DNA of 64,000 nt from Armatimonadota bacterium (GTDB lineage Bacteria; Armatimonadota; UBA5829), in the NCBI GenBank assembly GCA_050948905.1, contig JBMNES010000001.1:1105155-1169154 (forward strand), written 5' to 3'. The notes beneath the pieces were generated by a model that worked only from the letters and a program-made list of their open reading frames with translations, ran no database searches and was not told where the DNA came from. The position numbers and the translations under genes were made by a program. Numbering within the stretch: position 1 is the first letter of the stretch; every line of letters begins with the position of its first letter. Shown here piece after piece: positions 34,831-44,048 of this stretch.

Positions 34831-37800
34831 GTGGCAAAGACGGTTAAGGGTAGTTTTATGGTTGGTGGGCGACAACTTAATTGGGCACTGCTCACCTGCC
34901 TTTTGGTTTTTGTAAGTGCGTGTGCTTGCGGGGCTTATGTTCAGGGTGACCCTGAGTTCAGGGCGTTCTGGGTGGACGCCTGGGGAGTGGGGGTGCTAAA
35001 CCAATCACAGGTGGATGACCTCCTCGGTGTGCCCGGCACGCCGCAGAAAGGCCAGATTCGCGAGGCCAACTGCAACGCGGTCATAGTGCAGGTGAGGCGC
35101 AACTGCGACGCCAACTACCCGTCCTCTATGGGTGAGCCTTATATGTCCGGGCTGTCTCCGGCTGATTTTAACGCGCTTCAGGCAGTCATTGATGCCGCGC
35201 ACGATACCACCGGCGGCAAGAAGAGAATAGAAGTGCATGCGTGGGTTGTTGCCTTCCGCACCAGCGGCGGGGCCCTATATGCCGCGCACTCAGACCCTCC
35301 CACCGGCAGTCTTATTCAACTCGACAACTACTGGCCCTCTCGTGACAACACCGGCGCTGAGGTAGGGGATAAGGCAATCGACCCCGGCCATCCGCTTGCT
35401 GCAGATTATACCGTCAACGTCGCTATGGACATCGTCACCAACTTCGATGTCGACGCTGTTCACTACGATTATATAAGATTCACAGCCAACAACCAGGGCT
35501 ACAATCCGACCTCTGTCGCTCGATATAACGCCAGATATGGTCTGACAGGCCAGCCTAATCCGAAAGATGAACAATGGAAGCAGTGGCGGCGGGATCAGGT
35601 CACGGCGGTCGTAAGAAAGACCTATGCCAAGATTCAGGCGGTGAAACCGTGGGTGCAGTTGAGTGGGTCGTTTGTCACGTGGAACCCGTCGCCGACCTCC
35701 TCAACCCGTGCCGGGTTTATGGGGACCAGGCCGTATTACGATGTGTATAGCGACTGGGATGCGTGGATTCAGGAAGGAATCATAGACGCAGCGGTCCCGA
35801 TGACATATTACAACTGGGCCTCACTTCCCTATGACTACTTAAGATGGATGAATTTCGAGAAGGACCGTCACGGTAACCGGCATATGTACATCGGTCCGGG
35901 AATATACCTGAACTCACGTGACAATGCCCTGATGGAACTCAATATGACGCGAGACCCGTCGCCGGCGGGCAATTACGCTCACGGTTTCAGCGGATACTCA
36001 TACAGGGTTCCTTATGACGGCGGCAACTGGAGCAACTTCGGCACGCGGCTCAAAAACGAGGTGACACCCGTTTGGGCGGATATCCCGGTTATGGATTGGA
36101 AGGCCTCTCCGACAAAGGGGCATATCAGCGGAACGGTGACTGTTAACGGCACCAACGCGTGGCTCGACGGCGCGACGGTGCAGATAACCGGGCCTGAGGA
36201 GCGGACTATGCTCACGGACGGCACCGGGTTTTACGCATTCATCGATCTTACTCCCGGAACCTATACAATCACCGTCAGCAAAACCGGCGCTGCCACGACA
36301 CAGCGCGTGGTCAACGTTGGAATCGGCCAGGTCGTCGGCAATATGTACGTGAACGATTTTTCGATCGGCAGCTCGCCGATCGTCTACGATGTGGAAGTTG
36401 TAAATATTACCGACAACACCGCTACGATAGCCTGGAAGACCGATCTTCCGGCATCTTCTCAGGTGCAATACGGGCCTACGGATGGCTATGGGCAGAACTC
36501 CGCGATCGATCAAACGCTTTCCACGTCGCATTTGGTCACTTTGACCGGATTGGCTCCGCATACTCTATATCATTTTAGAGCAGCATCAGCAAACGACGTA
36601 GGGACCGGATATTCTGGGGATTATACCTTCTCCAGCGGCTCGGGTCTATTGGCTTTGATTCCCACGCCGAGCAGCGGCGGAACGGTTACCGGCGGAGGTT
36701 GGAACGCAGCCGGAACCCTCGTGAGTGCTCGTGCTGAGACTTATAACGGCTTCTTCTTCCAGGGCTGGTCGACCACGCCTAACGCTGGCGGAATAATCTC
36801 CACCGCAAATCCTTATGAGTTCGAGATGCCGCTGGGGAATCTGACGCTTTACGCAATATTCCAATCAAGCGTTGGGGATATTATCGTGGAGTCTATGCCG
36901 GGTGGCAAAAACTACGATTGGTATCAGGACTTTAACTTCGCCGTCAGCAGCGTAAAAAGCGCCGCAATTGGCTGCACGCCAGGCATATCCAGCAGATATT
37001 CCGGCATCGGCGGGGTGGTCACCGACCGATCCGCGCACTATCGACCTGAAATTCCTGTGGATGGATCCTACGAGGTCTGGGCTACCTGGGCAAAATCGAC
37101 AAACGGCGGCTCTAATATCCGTCATACGGTATATCACAGGGACGGCGAGTTTACCAAGATTTTTAACCAGGCATCAAATGACAATAAATGGAATTATATA
37201 GGCGAGTTTCCATTCCTCGCCGGCGCGTCGGGCAGTGGGGTTGCCGAGCTAAAACAATGGGCCTCGGCGGCGCAATCGGGCAAGAGAATTATGGCTGATG
37301 CTGTCAAATGGGTTTACGTAGGCCCGTTTAAGGCCAAAAATCCGGAGCCTGCCGATAAATCAGTAGAAATCCCGCCGAGCAACCCGACTCTGAGTTGGTC
37401 ACCGGGAGGAACAACAGGGGCCTATGACGTCTACTTCGGCACCAGTCCGACCGAGATGGAAAAGGTCTCCAGTATGCAGACCAGCACCAGTATCAGCATG
37501 GATGTGCTTGCATCGACGACCACATATTACTGGAGAGTCGACTCGTTCTTCCTTGGCAAGACCACGACCGGGGATATCTGGCGGTTTACAACGGCGGCTG
37601 TGCCACCTTCTATTTCTAATGTGGAAGTTACAGCCATCACGTCATCCAGCGCAGTGATTACGTGGGATACCGACCAGCCTGCCACGGGCCAGGTCGTATA
37701 CGGCACTGAGCCTACCTACGGATCGACGACACCGAAAGATACTGGCCTAAAACGGTCGCATTCGTTCACATTGACAGGGCTGTCGGCTAACACGGTCTAT

Positions 37801-39444
37801 CATTTTAAAGTAAAGTCGGAAAACAGCCTGGCAATGAAAGCTGAGTCTTCGGATGAGTCGTTTGCTACCAAGCCGGAGTCTCTGACGTTCATAATTGACA
37901 ACCCCGAAGGCACGGCCACAGGCACATGGACTTCGATGACGGATACCGGTGGCTGGCCGGAGTCGGCGAGCCAGTACGTCTATTCGTTGAATATGCAATC
38001 GGCTACGACTGCATTTTTCACGTGGACGCCAAATATCCCCGTCACCGGGAAATATAACGTATACTGCTGGTATAAGGCCGGGCCAGATCGCACTACCTCG
38101 GCGAGATATACCATCACACACGCCAATGGGCAGATGGCGGTAGCGATTATAAATCAGGCGACATCTGGCGGACAGTGGGTTCCCATAGCGATTAACAAGC
38201 AGTTTACAAAGGGCACTTCGGGATATATTACGCTGACCAATAAGACCGGAGAGACTGACGGCGCAAGGAAAGTGATTGCCGATGCGATAAAATTCGAATA
38301 TTCGGAAATCGACAACGAGCCGCCGACGGTGCCGGAGAATCTGGTCGCTATAGCGGCTTCTACCTCCAGCATAGATCTAACCTGGAATGAGGCAGAGGAC
38401 GACTATGCGCTGGCGGGCTATAAGGTCTATCGCAATGGGCAGATCATCGGCATCACGCCCGATTCCAACTTTAACGACAAGGGGTTGGCCCCGAACACTC
38501 GCTACAGCTATAGCGTGCTCGCATACGACGCTACCGGCAATGAGTCGGAAAGATGTGCCCCTGTCGATAGATATACCCTGTCGCCGGCGGTCACTGCGGC
38601 CAGTATAACCTGCGATCGCAGCGTGGAAGTCACTTATACGACGCCTGAGTTCACATTCAGCAACCCTGGCCTCGGGGAAGGTAAAGTATCGACATATCGT
38701 TATGTATGGAACAATTCCCCAGGTCACACCTGGACAGATGCTGAGGCAAAGTGGGAGGATTCCACTAAAACCGTCAACGCGACGAGCGCCGGCGAGTGGT
38801 ATTTCCACGTTAAGGGCTACAATGGCGACGGAATATCGAGCGGGTCTGTGGACCTCGGGCCGTATTATTTTGGCGCAGGCATAAGCTCAATTGCCGCCGC
38901 CACTAATAACCCCGACGGCACCGCTGTGCAGATAACGGAATATATGATAATTTCAGCGACCTTTAGCGATAGGTTCTATATACAAGAGGAGAACAGGACC
39001 CGGGGCCTGCGGTGTGACGCACGCACGACGCTGCCGGTTGGCACGCGCGTGAAGGTCAAGGGCACACTGGCCACGTCGAACGGCGAGAGATATCTGACTA
39101 ATGTGGTCATTGTAGAATCTGCTGCGGGCACTGCGCCGAGGCCGTTTTTGCTGAGAACTAACGGGTTGGGCGGCGCTGCGCCGAACCAGTATACGCCGGG
39201 ATTTCCGAATGTTTCTCAGATATTCAATGCAGGACTTTTAGTTCGTGTAGCGGGTAGGGTCGAGTCGACCGGCGCCGGCTATTATGTTATCAGCGACGGA
39301 ACGGGCGGCACTCTTACCGTCCGTTCTACTAAAGCGGTAAGTGTGGGTGCGTTTATAGGCGCAACCGGGGTTGTGGTCCCGCAGGGTAGCGTCTGTGAGT
39401 TGCAGACTCGGTCGCAAAGTGATGTAACGGTCTACCTGCCGTAA
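34831..39444 (+). CDS. Giant secreted mosaic protein 2: GHL10/DUF187-like head, CarboxypepD_reg-like, FN3s, InlB-B-repeat-like, golvesin/Xly-CBD-like x2, shared C-terminal module
   Basis: GTG 34831 lies 6 nt after GGAGGAG (alternative ATG 34858). Possible lipobox VSAC. The head is roughly 70 percent identical by eye to gene 1 (PEFRAFWVDAWG...VRRNCDANYPS...HYDYIRF). GGTVTGGGW..YNGFFFQGWS. DIIVESMPGGKNY...ADAVKWVYVG. Confidence 0.8.
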   Translation: MAKTVKGSFMVGGRQLNWALLTCLLVFVSACACGAYVQGDPEFRAFWVDAWGVGVLNQSQVDDLLGVPGTPQKGQIREANCNAVIVQVRRNCDANYPSSMGEPYMSGLSPADFNALQAVIDAAHDTTGGKKRIEVHAWVVAFRTSGGALYAAHSDPPTGSLIQLDNYWPSRDNTGAEVGDKAIDPGHPLAADYTVNVAMDIVTNFDVDAVHYDYIRFTANNQGYNPTSVARYNARYGLTGQPNPKDEQWKQWRRDQVTAVVRKTYAKIQAVKPWVQLSGSFVTWNPSPTSSTRAGFMGTRPYYDVYSDWDAWIQEGIIDAAVPMTYYNWASLPYDYLRWMNFEKDRHGNRHMYIGPGIYLNSRDNALMELNMTRDPSPAGNYAHGFSGYSYRVPYDGGNWSNFGTRLKNEVTPVWADIPVMDWKASPTKGHISGTVTVNGTNAWLDGATVQITGPEERTMLTDGTGFYAFIDLTPGTYTITVSKTGAATTQRVVNVGIGQVVGNMYVNDFSIGSSPIVYDVEVVNITDNTATIAWKTDLPASSQVQYGPTDGYGQNSAIDQTLSTSHLVTLTGLAPHTLYHFRAASANDVGTGYSGDYTFSSGSGLLALIPTPSSGGTVTGGGWNAAGTLVSARAETYNGFFFQGWSTTPNAGGIISTANPYEFEMPLGNLTLYAIFQSSVGDIIVESMPGGKNYDWYQDFNFAVSSVKSAAIGCTPGISSRYSGIGGVVTDRSAHYRPEIPVDGSYEVWATWAKSTNGGSNIRHTVYHRDGEFTKIFNQASNDNKWNYIGEFPFLAGASGSGVAELKQWASAAQSGKRIMADAVKWVYVGPFKAKNPEPADKSVEIPPSNPTLSWSPGGTTGAYDVYFGTSPTEMEKVSSMQTSTSISMDVLASTTTYYWRVDSFFLGKTTTGDIWRFTTAAVPPSISNVEVTAITSSSAVITWDTDQPATGQVVYGTEPTYGSTTPKDTGLKRSHSFTLTGLSANTVYHFKVKSENSLAMKAESSDESFATKPESLTFIIDNPEGTATGTWTSMTDTGGWPESASQYVYSLNMQSATTAFFTWTPNIPVTGKYNVYCWYKAGPDRTTSARYTITHANGQMAVAIINQATSGGQWVPIAINKQFTKGTSGYITLTNKTGETDGARKVIADAIKFEYSEIDNEPPTVPENLVAIAASTSSIDLTWNEAEDDYALAGYKVYRNGQIIGITPDSNFNDKGLAPNTRYSYSVLAYDATGNESERCAPVDRYTLSPAVTAASITCDRSVEVTYTTPEFTFSNPGLGEGKVSTYRYVWNNSPGHTWTDAEAKWEDSTKTVNATSAGEWYFHVKGYNGDGISSGSVDLGPYYFGAGISSIAAATNNPDGTAVQITEYMIISATFSDRFYIQEENRTRGLRCDARTTLPVGTRVKVKGTLATSNGERYLTNVVIVESAAGTAPRPFLLRTNGLGGAAPNQYTPGFPNVSQIFNAGLLVRVAGRVESTGAGYYVISDGTGGTLTVRSTKAVSVGAFIGATGVVVPQGSVCELQTRSQSDVTVYLP
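38881..39441 (+). other. Shared C-terminal module, copy in giant protein 2
   Basis: IISATFSDRFYIQEENRTRGLRC...VGTRVKVKGTLATSNGERYL...FNAGLLVRVAGRV...YVISDGTG...GAFIGATGV...QSDVTVYLP. Confidence 0.75.
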
Positions 39445-39447
39445 GAT

Positions 39448-39680
39448 GGCCGGGACTGAGGCCGGCCACTACGCATCGTTGGCCGGGACTGAGGCCGGCC
39501 ACTACGCATCGTTGGCCGGGACTGAGGGCCGGCCACTACGCAATTGTTGGCCGGGACTGAGGCCGGCCACTACGCATTGTTGGCCGGGACAGAGGCCGGC
39601 CACTACGCATTGTTGGCCGGGACTGAGGCCGGCCACTACGCATTGTTGGCCGAGGGCCGAGATCGGCCACTACGTTATGT
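39448..39680. repeat. Head-to-tail array of seven REP-like hairpin units (33-35 bp, no spacers)
   Basis: Units at 39448, 39481, 39514, 39549, 39582, 39615 and 39648, with consensus GGCCGGGACTGAGGCCGGCCACTACGCAT(C/T)GTT. Each has a 6-bp GGCCGG/CCGGCC stem. On the minus strand each unit reads GTAG followed by the palindrome. Confidence 0.9.
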
Positions 39681-39700
39681 AGCTATTTTGGAGGATTATT

Positions 39701-42700
39701 ATGCAGTATTTCAATTTTAGGGGGAGGAAATTGAATATTTTCAAACTGATCTTAGCGGTTGCGGTGGTAGCGGCGCTGTCTGCAGGCGCGTGCTATGCAT
39801 ACACGGCGGGTGACCCAGAGTTCCGCGCTATATATGTGGACGCATGGCATGCGGGCGCCAGAAACGTGTCGGAGGTCAATCAATTGATCAACGACGCCAA
39901 GTATTGCAACGCGAACGCTATTGTCCTGCAGGTGCGCCGCAGAGGTGATACCATATATCCATCCGGCGAACCGCTGGCCTCTGGTTTTTCGGCTAGCTAC
40001 GACGCGCTGGCCGACCTTATCCAGAAGTGCCACAACTCCTCGCCGAGGATTGACGTCCACGCGTGGTTCGTAATTAACGCTATTGCAAGTACCGGCGCAG
40101 TGCCGACCAACCCGAACCATCCATACAAAAAATATCCGCAATATCTGACCAAGACAAGTTCGGGCGCACAGGCGATAGCCGATGACTACTGGTTCGACCC
40201 CGGCCATCCGGGAGCGGAGCAGTACACGTATAACGTGATCATGGATGTCGTCAATCGCTACAACGTCGACGGGATTAACCTCGACTACATTAGATTCGGC
40301 TCCAACGACTCCGGCTACAACGACGTCAGCGTGGCGCGATTCAATAGCTTCTATTCGCGCTACGGCGGGGATTTCAACAAGTGGAGACGCGATCAGATCA
40401 CGAACCTGGTTCGCAAAATCTACGTGAACGCCATCGCCGCCAAGCCGAACATTAAGATCTCGGCGGACTGCGTTGCTGGCGCGCCGGCTCCTGCGAGTTC
40501 GGCCAATTATACGAATACTCAGCCTTATAGTAAGTATTATCAGGACTGGCAGGCGTGGATGAACGAAGGCATCCTGGACATCTCGATGCCGATGGCTTAC
40601 TTTGACTGTGATGGCAGCTACGGCAACCTGTTCGACCCATGGGTGTGCTTCGCCAGCGCCAATTCCTACAATCGCCATTCTGTGATGGCGCCGGGAGTAT
40701 ACAGTCCATCTTGCCTGATCGCACAACTGTCCAGCACCAGAAATCTGCCGTGCGGTTCCACCAACGGCGCTGGTGTCTATGCCTATGCCTCTATGAGTGC
40801 TTCGATAAAGGATGCGGCGAAAGCGGTTTGGTCGTCGAAGGTCTCTGTGCCTGTTATGCCCTGGAAATCCTCGCCCACCAAAGGATACATCAAAGGCAAT
40901 GTGACCTTTGCACAGTCGGTGTGGGTGGACGGCGCGACGATCGCTATATCAGGCCCGGCTAGCCGCAGTATGTACACAGACGGCACAGGTTTCTTCGCGT
41001 TCATCGATGTGCCTCCGGGAACTTACACGGTCAACTGCACATCCTCTTATGGAACACGGACCCAGAGCGTGGTGGTTACTGCAGGCCAGGTCGCTTCTGC
41101 CAATGTCGATTATCCGCTGTCGTCTCTGGTTATCAGCGACATCGAAGTAACCGGCGAGACCGGAACCCAGGCCACAATCAACTGGACCACAAACGCCGGT
41201 GCGACGAGCAAAGTCTTTTATGGCACCGACAGGACCTGCAGCCAGTCAACTAGTGAGAATATGACAATGGATACCTCTCACAGTGTGACCCTTACCGGGC
41301 TATCGCCGAACACGGTGTATTTCTTTAAGGTATACTCCAAAAACCCACAGGCCGACGCTGCGATATCGCCAGTTAGTGCGCTCATAACCAAACCTATTCC
41401 CGATGTGCATATTGTCGAATCAAGAGCGGGCGGCAAGAATTATACCGACTTCACATACAACGGCCCGGCGCCATCTACGGCGAAAAGCACCGTGGCCGGC
41501 GTGACCCCGGGCATTGGCTGCTACTATGCCGGCCAGACGACCCCGCCGAAATGGGGAGAATGGTCGTTCACCCCGACGATTAGCGGTTCATACAACGTTT
41601 ACGGAACCTGGGGCACCAATACATTCACAAGTGATACAACGATACCGACCTGGACTGTTACCAATGCAGGTGCAACGATTACCAGGGATATCTCACAAGC
41701 CAGCGGAGCCAATACATGGCAGCCTCTGACTTCCGGGCCGGTGCAGTTGAACAAAGGCGTCAAATATACCGTTCACCTCGCTACCAACCCCGATAACCTA
41801 GGCAACAAACGCACCTATTTCGACTCGGTCAAGTGGGAGTTTGCCGCTGAGAGCGTGCCGCCTTCGAAGCCGACTGGCCTTGCGGCTAGCGATATCCAGG
41901 AGGACTCAATAACGCTGGATTGGAATCCGTCCACCGACAACGTCGGAGTGGCGGGCTATCGCATCTTGCGCGGTAGTGCGTCAACAAATATGACTGTAAT
42001 AGATATCAGCCCGACGAACTCCTATGTGGATACGGATGTTCTTGCCAACACGAAATATTGGTATGCTGTCTCTGCATATGATACTTCCGGCAACAAATCC
42101 GATAACAGCTCGACGATCAACACGTGGACGATGTGTCTCAAGCCGAACGCCAATACCATAGTCTGCGATAAGCAGGCTGGCGTATGGCATTCGTCCGGGC
42201 CGTTTACCTTTACCGCTGTCGAAGGCTTCGGAGCGGGTCGAGTTAACTACTATAAGTATGTCTTCACCACAGACACCACTCACGAGTGGACCGGTTCGGA
42301 AACGGCGTGGGTAGCTGGGGTGCGTTCAATTACTGTCCCGTCCAGCGCAGATCCTTACTACCTGCACATCAGAGGTGTAAACCAGGCGTCGGTGCCGGGA
42401 GAGCCTAACACCCTTGGGCCATACTATCTCGACACGACGGCTCCTCAGACCCCGGTAGTGACTCCTGTCGGAGCTGCTTCGGTGACATCGCTGACAGCGA
42501 CGTGGTCGGCGGAAGATCCGGAAAGCGGCGTTCAGGAATATCAATACGCAGTAGGCACAACTTCCGGGGCGACCAACGTGGTCAACTGGACCTCGACTAC
42601 TGAGACCGAAGCTACGATTAACTACAACGTATCGCCGTCGGTGACGAAGCTGTATGTTTCGGTTAAGGCCAAAAATGCGGCTGGAAGCTGGAGCAGCGTC

Positions 42701-42982
42701 GGCACCTCAAGCGCTATCTCCCTTGCGACGCTGGTGGACAGCGTAGCCGCGGCCAAGGCGCTGGATAATAGCGGCATGGCGATCGCTATCGAGAACGTCT
42801 ACGTCTCGGCGGTATTCGACGGTTGCTTCTATGTCCAGGACGGCAAACACGGGCCTGGAATCCGCTGCGAAGGCGTCTGCACATTCGCTGTTGGCGCTAA
42901 GGTGAATGTCAGCGGCGTGCTCGGTAAGAATGCGGCTGGAGAGAGAGTTCTCAGCGACGCATCGGTAAGCGCTGCACAGTAG
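39701..42982 (+). CDS. Giant secreted mosaic protein 3: divergent GHL10/DUF187-like head, CarboxypepD_reg-like, FN3s, golvesin/Xly-CBD-like, truncated C-terminal module
   Basis: ATG 39701 follows GGAGG. Signal peptide LILAVAVVAALSAGACYA. PEFRAIYVDAWH...NANAIVLQVRRRGD...NLDYIRF. GYIKGNV...DGTGFFAFIDVPPGTYTV. VHIVESRAGGKNY...FDSVKWEF. Confidence 0.8.
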   Translation: MQYFNFRGRKLNIFKLILAVAVVAALSAGACYAYTAGDPEFRAIYVDAWHAGARNVSEVNQLINDAKYCNANAIVLQVRRRGDTIYPSGEPLASGFSASYDALADLIQKCHNSSPRIDVHAWFVINAIASTGAVPTNPNHPYKKYPQYLTKTSSGAQAIADDYWFDPGHPGAEQYTYNVIMDVVNRYNVDGINLDYIRFGSNDSGYNDVSVARFNSFYSRYGGDFNKWRRDQITNLVRKIYVNAIAAKPNIKISADCVAGAPAPASSANYTNTQPYSKYYQDWQAWMNEGILDISMPMAYFDCDGSYGNLFDPWVCFASANSYNRHSVMAPGVYSPSCLIAQLSSTRNLPCGSTNGAGVYAYASMSASIKDAAKAVWSSKVSVPVMPWKSSPTKGYIKGNVTFAQSVWVDGATIAISGPASRSMYTDGTGFFAFIDVPPGTYTVNCTSSYGTRTQSVVVTAGQVASANVDYPLSSLVISDIEVTGETGTQATINWTTNAGATSKVFYGTDRTCSQSTSENMTMDTSHSVTLTGLSPNTVYFFKVYSKNPQADAAISPVSALITKPIPDVHIVESRAGGKNYTDFTYNGPAPSTAKSTVAGVTPGIGCYYAGQTTPPKWGEWSFTPTISGSYNVYGTWGTNTFTSDTTIPTWTVTNAGATITRDISQASGANTWQPLTSGPVQLNKGVKYTVHLATNPDNLGNKRTYFDSVKWEFAAESVPPSKPTGLAASDIQEDSITLDWNPSTDNVGVAGYRILRGSASTNMTVIDISPTNSYVDTDVLANTKYWYAVSAYDTSGNKSDNSSTINTWTMCLKPNANTIVCDKQAGVWHSSGPFTFTAVEGFGAGRVNYYKYVFTTDTTHEWTGSETAWVAGVRSITVPSSADPYYLHIRGVNQASVPGEPNTLGPYYLDTTAPQTPVVTPVGAASVTSLTATWSAEDPESGVQEYQYAVGTTSGATNVVNWTSTTETEATINYNVSPSVTKLYVSVKAKNAAGSWSSVGTSSAISLATLVDSVAAAKALDNSGMAIAIENVYVSAVFDGCFYVQDGKHGPGIRCEGVCTFAVGAKVNVSGVLGKNAAGERVLSDASVSAAQ
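42722..42979 (+). other. Shared C-terminal module, first half only, in giant protein 3
   Basis: YVSAVFDGCFYVQDGKHGPGIRC...VGAKVNVSGVLGKNAAGERVL, then a stop. The second half found in giants 1, 2 and 4 is absent. Confidence 0.7.
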
Positions 42983-43007
42983 CGTTTAATCAGGTGAGTT
43001 AAACCAA

Positions 43008-43046
43008 AGCCCGGGTCGTGCGAAGAGTGCGATCCGGGCTATTTTT
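43008..43046 (+). terminator. Rho-independent terminator after giant gene 3 (overlaps the stop of the convergent DUF1638 gene)
   Basis: AGCCCGGGTCG-11 nt-CGATCCGGGCT (one G-U pair), followed by ATTTTT. Confidence 0.6.
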
Positions 43047-43779
43047 GTGGCTGTTGTTTGAGGATCAGCTCGTCGAAGGATTCCGCGATGCTGCTGCCGG
43101 GCGGCACAATTAAAAAATCCTCGCTGTGCCAGTCCCCGTTGGCCAGTTTGCAAACCAGGGATAAGTCCCCCGCAAGCTCTGCGTATTCCCAGTTTTTGTC
43201 TGTGGCCAGGTTTTTTGTGAATTGACGATACTGCTCCGCGCATCCGATTCCGGTATCTATAAACGCCGCGCGGGTGTAGTTTGCATACCAGAGCTGTTCC
43301 TGTTCGATGAGATATTTAGCGTTATCTTCGCCGTATTTTTCGCAATACTCTTCATAGCGATCCGCGTAGTGTTTCGCATGGATGTCGATAAAGCCCTGGT
43401 CGACATCCCCTTCCTTGCGCTCAACCCAACCGGGGCTGTAGTAGTAGGTTCCGGGGTTTGCGGAGAACTCCTCGCTGTAGCGTTGCCGCGAGCCAAGAAA
43501 CGCCGTGATGCAATCGTGCATACGGATTATCACAAGAGGAACCGACCGCGCCATAACCTCCGCCGTGCCCCGGCTGCACAGTCCGTAACCGAGAGCTATA
43601 TAGTCATAGCCCTGTTCGCTGGCAGCATCAACGCGATTTTGAATAGTGGCTCGCAGTTCATCTGGTGTGTTGTGCAGCCCAAAAGCCAGCAGTTCGATGT
43701 TTATAACATGAGGACTATGCGCTGCCGCGAAATAAAACTCCCGCGCAAGTGCCTCGCAAGAAATTACTTTGATCTTCAT
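43039..43779 (-). CDS. DUF1638 domain-containing protein
   Basis: MKIKVISCEALAREFYF...LLAFGLHNTPDELR...YIALGYGLCSRG...LVIIRMHDCITAFLGSRQRY fits the DUF1638 pattern as I remember it. Confidence 0.65.
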   Translation of the reverse strand: MKIKVISCEALAREFYFAAAHSPHVINIELLAFGLHNTPDELRATIQNRVDAASEQGYDYIALGYGLCSRGTAEVMARSVPLVIIRMHDCITAFLGSRQRYSEEFSANPGTYYYSPGWVERKEGDVDQGFIDIHAKHYADRYEEYCEKYGEDNAKYLIEQEQLWYANYTRAAFIDTGIGCAEQYRQFTKNLATDKNWEYAELAGDLSLVCKLANGDWHSEDFLIVPPGSSIAESFDELILKQQPQK

Positions 43780-43884
43780 AACTGCATTTTATACGCGATA
43801 AGCGGCGTGGTCAATTGGGTTGTCGGTTATCGGTTTACAGTCAAGAACGGCGATCTCCGAATCGCCGCTTCGTGATTGGAAAAT

Positions 43885-43918
43885 GGCCGAGACGGAGATC
43901 GGCCACTACGTCAGTGTA
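43885..43918. repeat. Solo REP-like unit (variant subtype)
   Basis: GGCCGAGACGGAGATCGGCCACTACGTCAGTGTA. Closest to terminal array unit 7 (GGCCGAGGGCCGAGATCGGCCACTACGTTATGTA). Confidence 0.8.
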
Positions 43919-43930
43919 TCGCACATCGTA

Positions 43931-43970
43931 CATTATTTCCTGGCTTTCGCCCTTTTCGCGCTTTCGCGTT
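43931..43970 (-). repeat. Dispersed ~40-nt GCGAAAG-repeat element, copy B
   Basis: Minus strand reads AACGCGAAAGCGCGAAAAGGGCGAAAGCCAGGAAATAATG. Lies about 150-190 nt upstream of the DUF1638 gene, in the same orientation relative to that gene as copy A is to giant gene 1. Confidence 0.8.
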
Positions 43971-44048
43971 CTTCCCTTCCGCGCGATGTCTCCTCGAGAG
44001 GCGAAGGAATCGCGGCCCCTGTGCAGTAAATTTCATTGGAGCAATGCT

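Noticed and set aside
30316-39444. Diversity-generating retroelement or programmed hypervariation between the near-identical parts of giant genes 1 and 2
   Set aside because: No reverse transcriptase or template repeat is present in the window. Differences between the paralogues are spread over all codon positions and nucleotides rather than being adenine-specific.
39446-39682. Possible CRISPR array, or a real 78-aa ORF (MAGTEAGHYASLAGTEAGHY...) across the 33-bp repeats
   Set aside because: The units are contiguous with no unique spacers, so this is not CRISPR. The 35-nt unit 3 shifts the reading frame mid-array (AGTEAGHYASL becomes WPGLRPATTHC), so the conservation is at the nucleotide and hairpin level, not the peptide level. 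There is no RBS.
39752-40726. 324-aa minus-strand ORF inside giant gene 3. Similar long antisense ORFs occur at 49243..50229, 57635..58483, 53175..54161, 11512..12420 and 6629..7480
   Set aside because: All of them lie opposite genes with clear family motifs and have Arg/His/Pro-rich, motif-free translations. They also lack RBSs. I treat them as shadow ORFs.
43815-44048. N-terminal extension of ORF 43815..45278. Similar extensions occur at 580..819 (mtaB), 3271..3378 (HD gene), 17349..17420 (GNAT), 30274..30315, 34780..34830 and 46240..46254
   Set aside because: The extensions run through repeats, hairpins, AT-rich promoter DNA or the preceding gene. In each case an internal start with an RBS and/or a canonical N-terminus or signal peptide exists.
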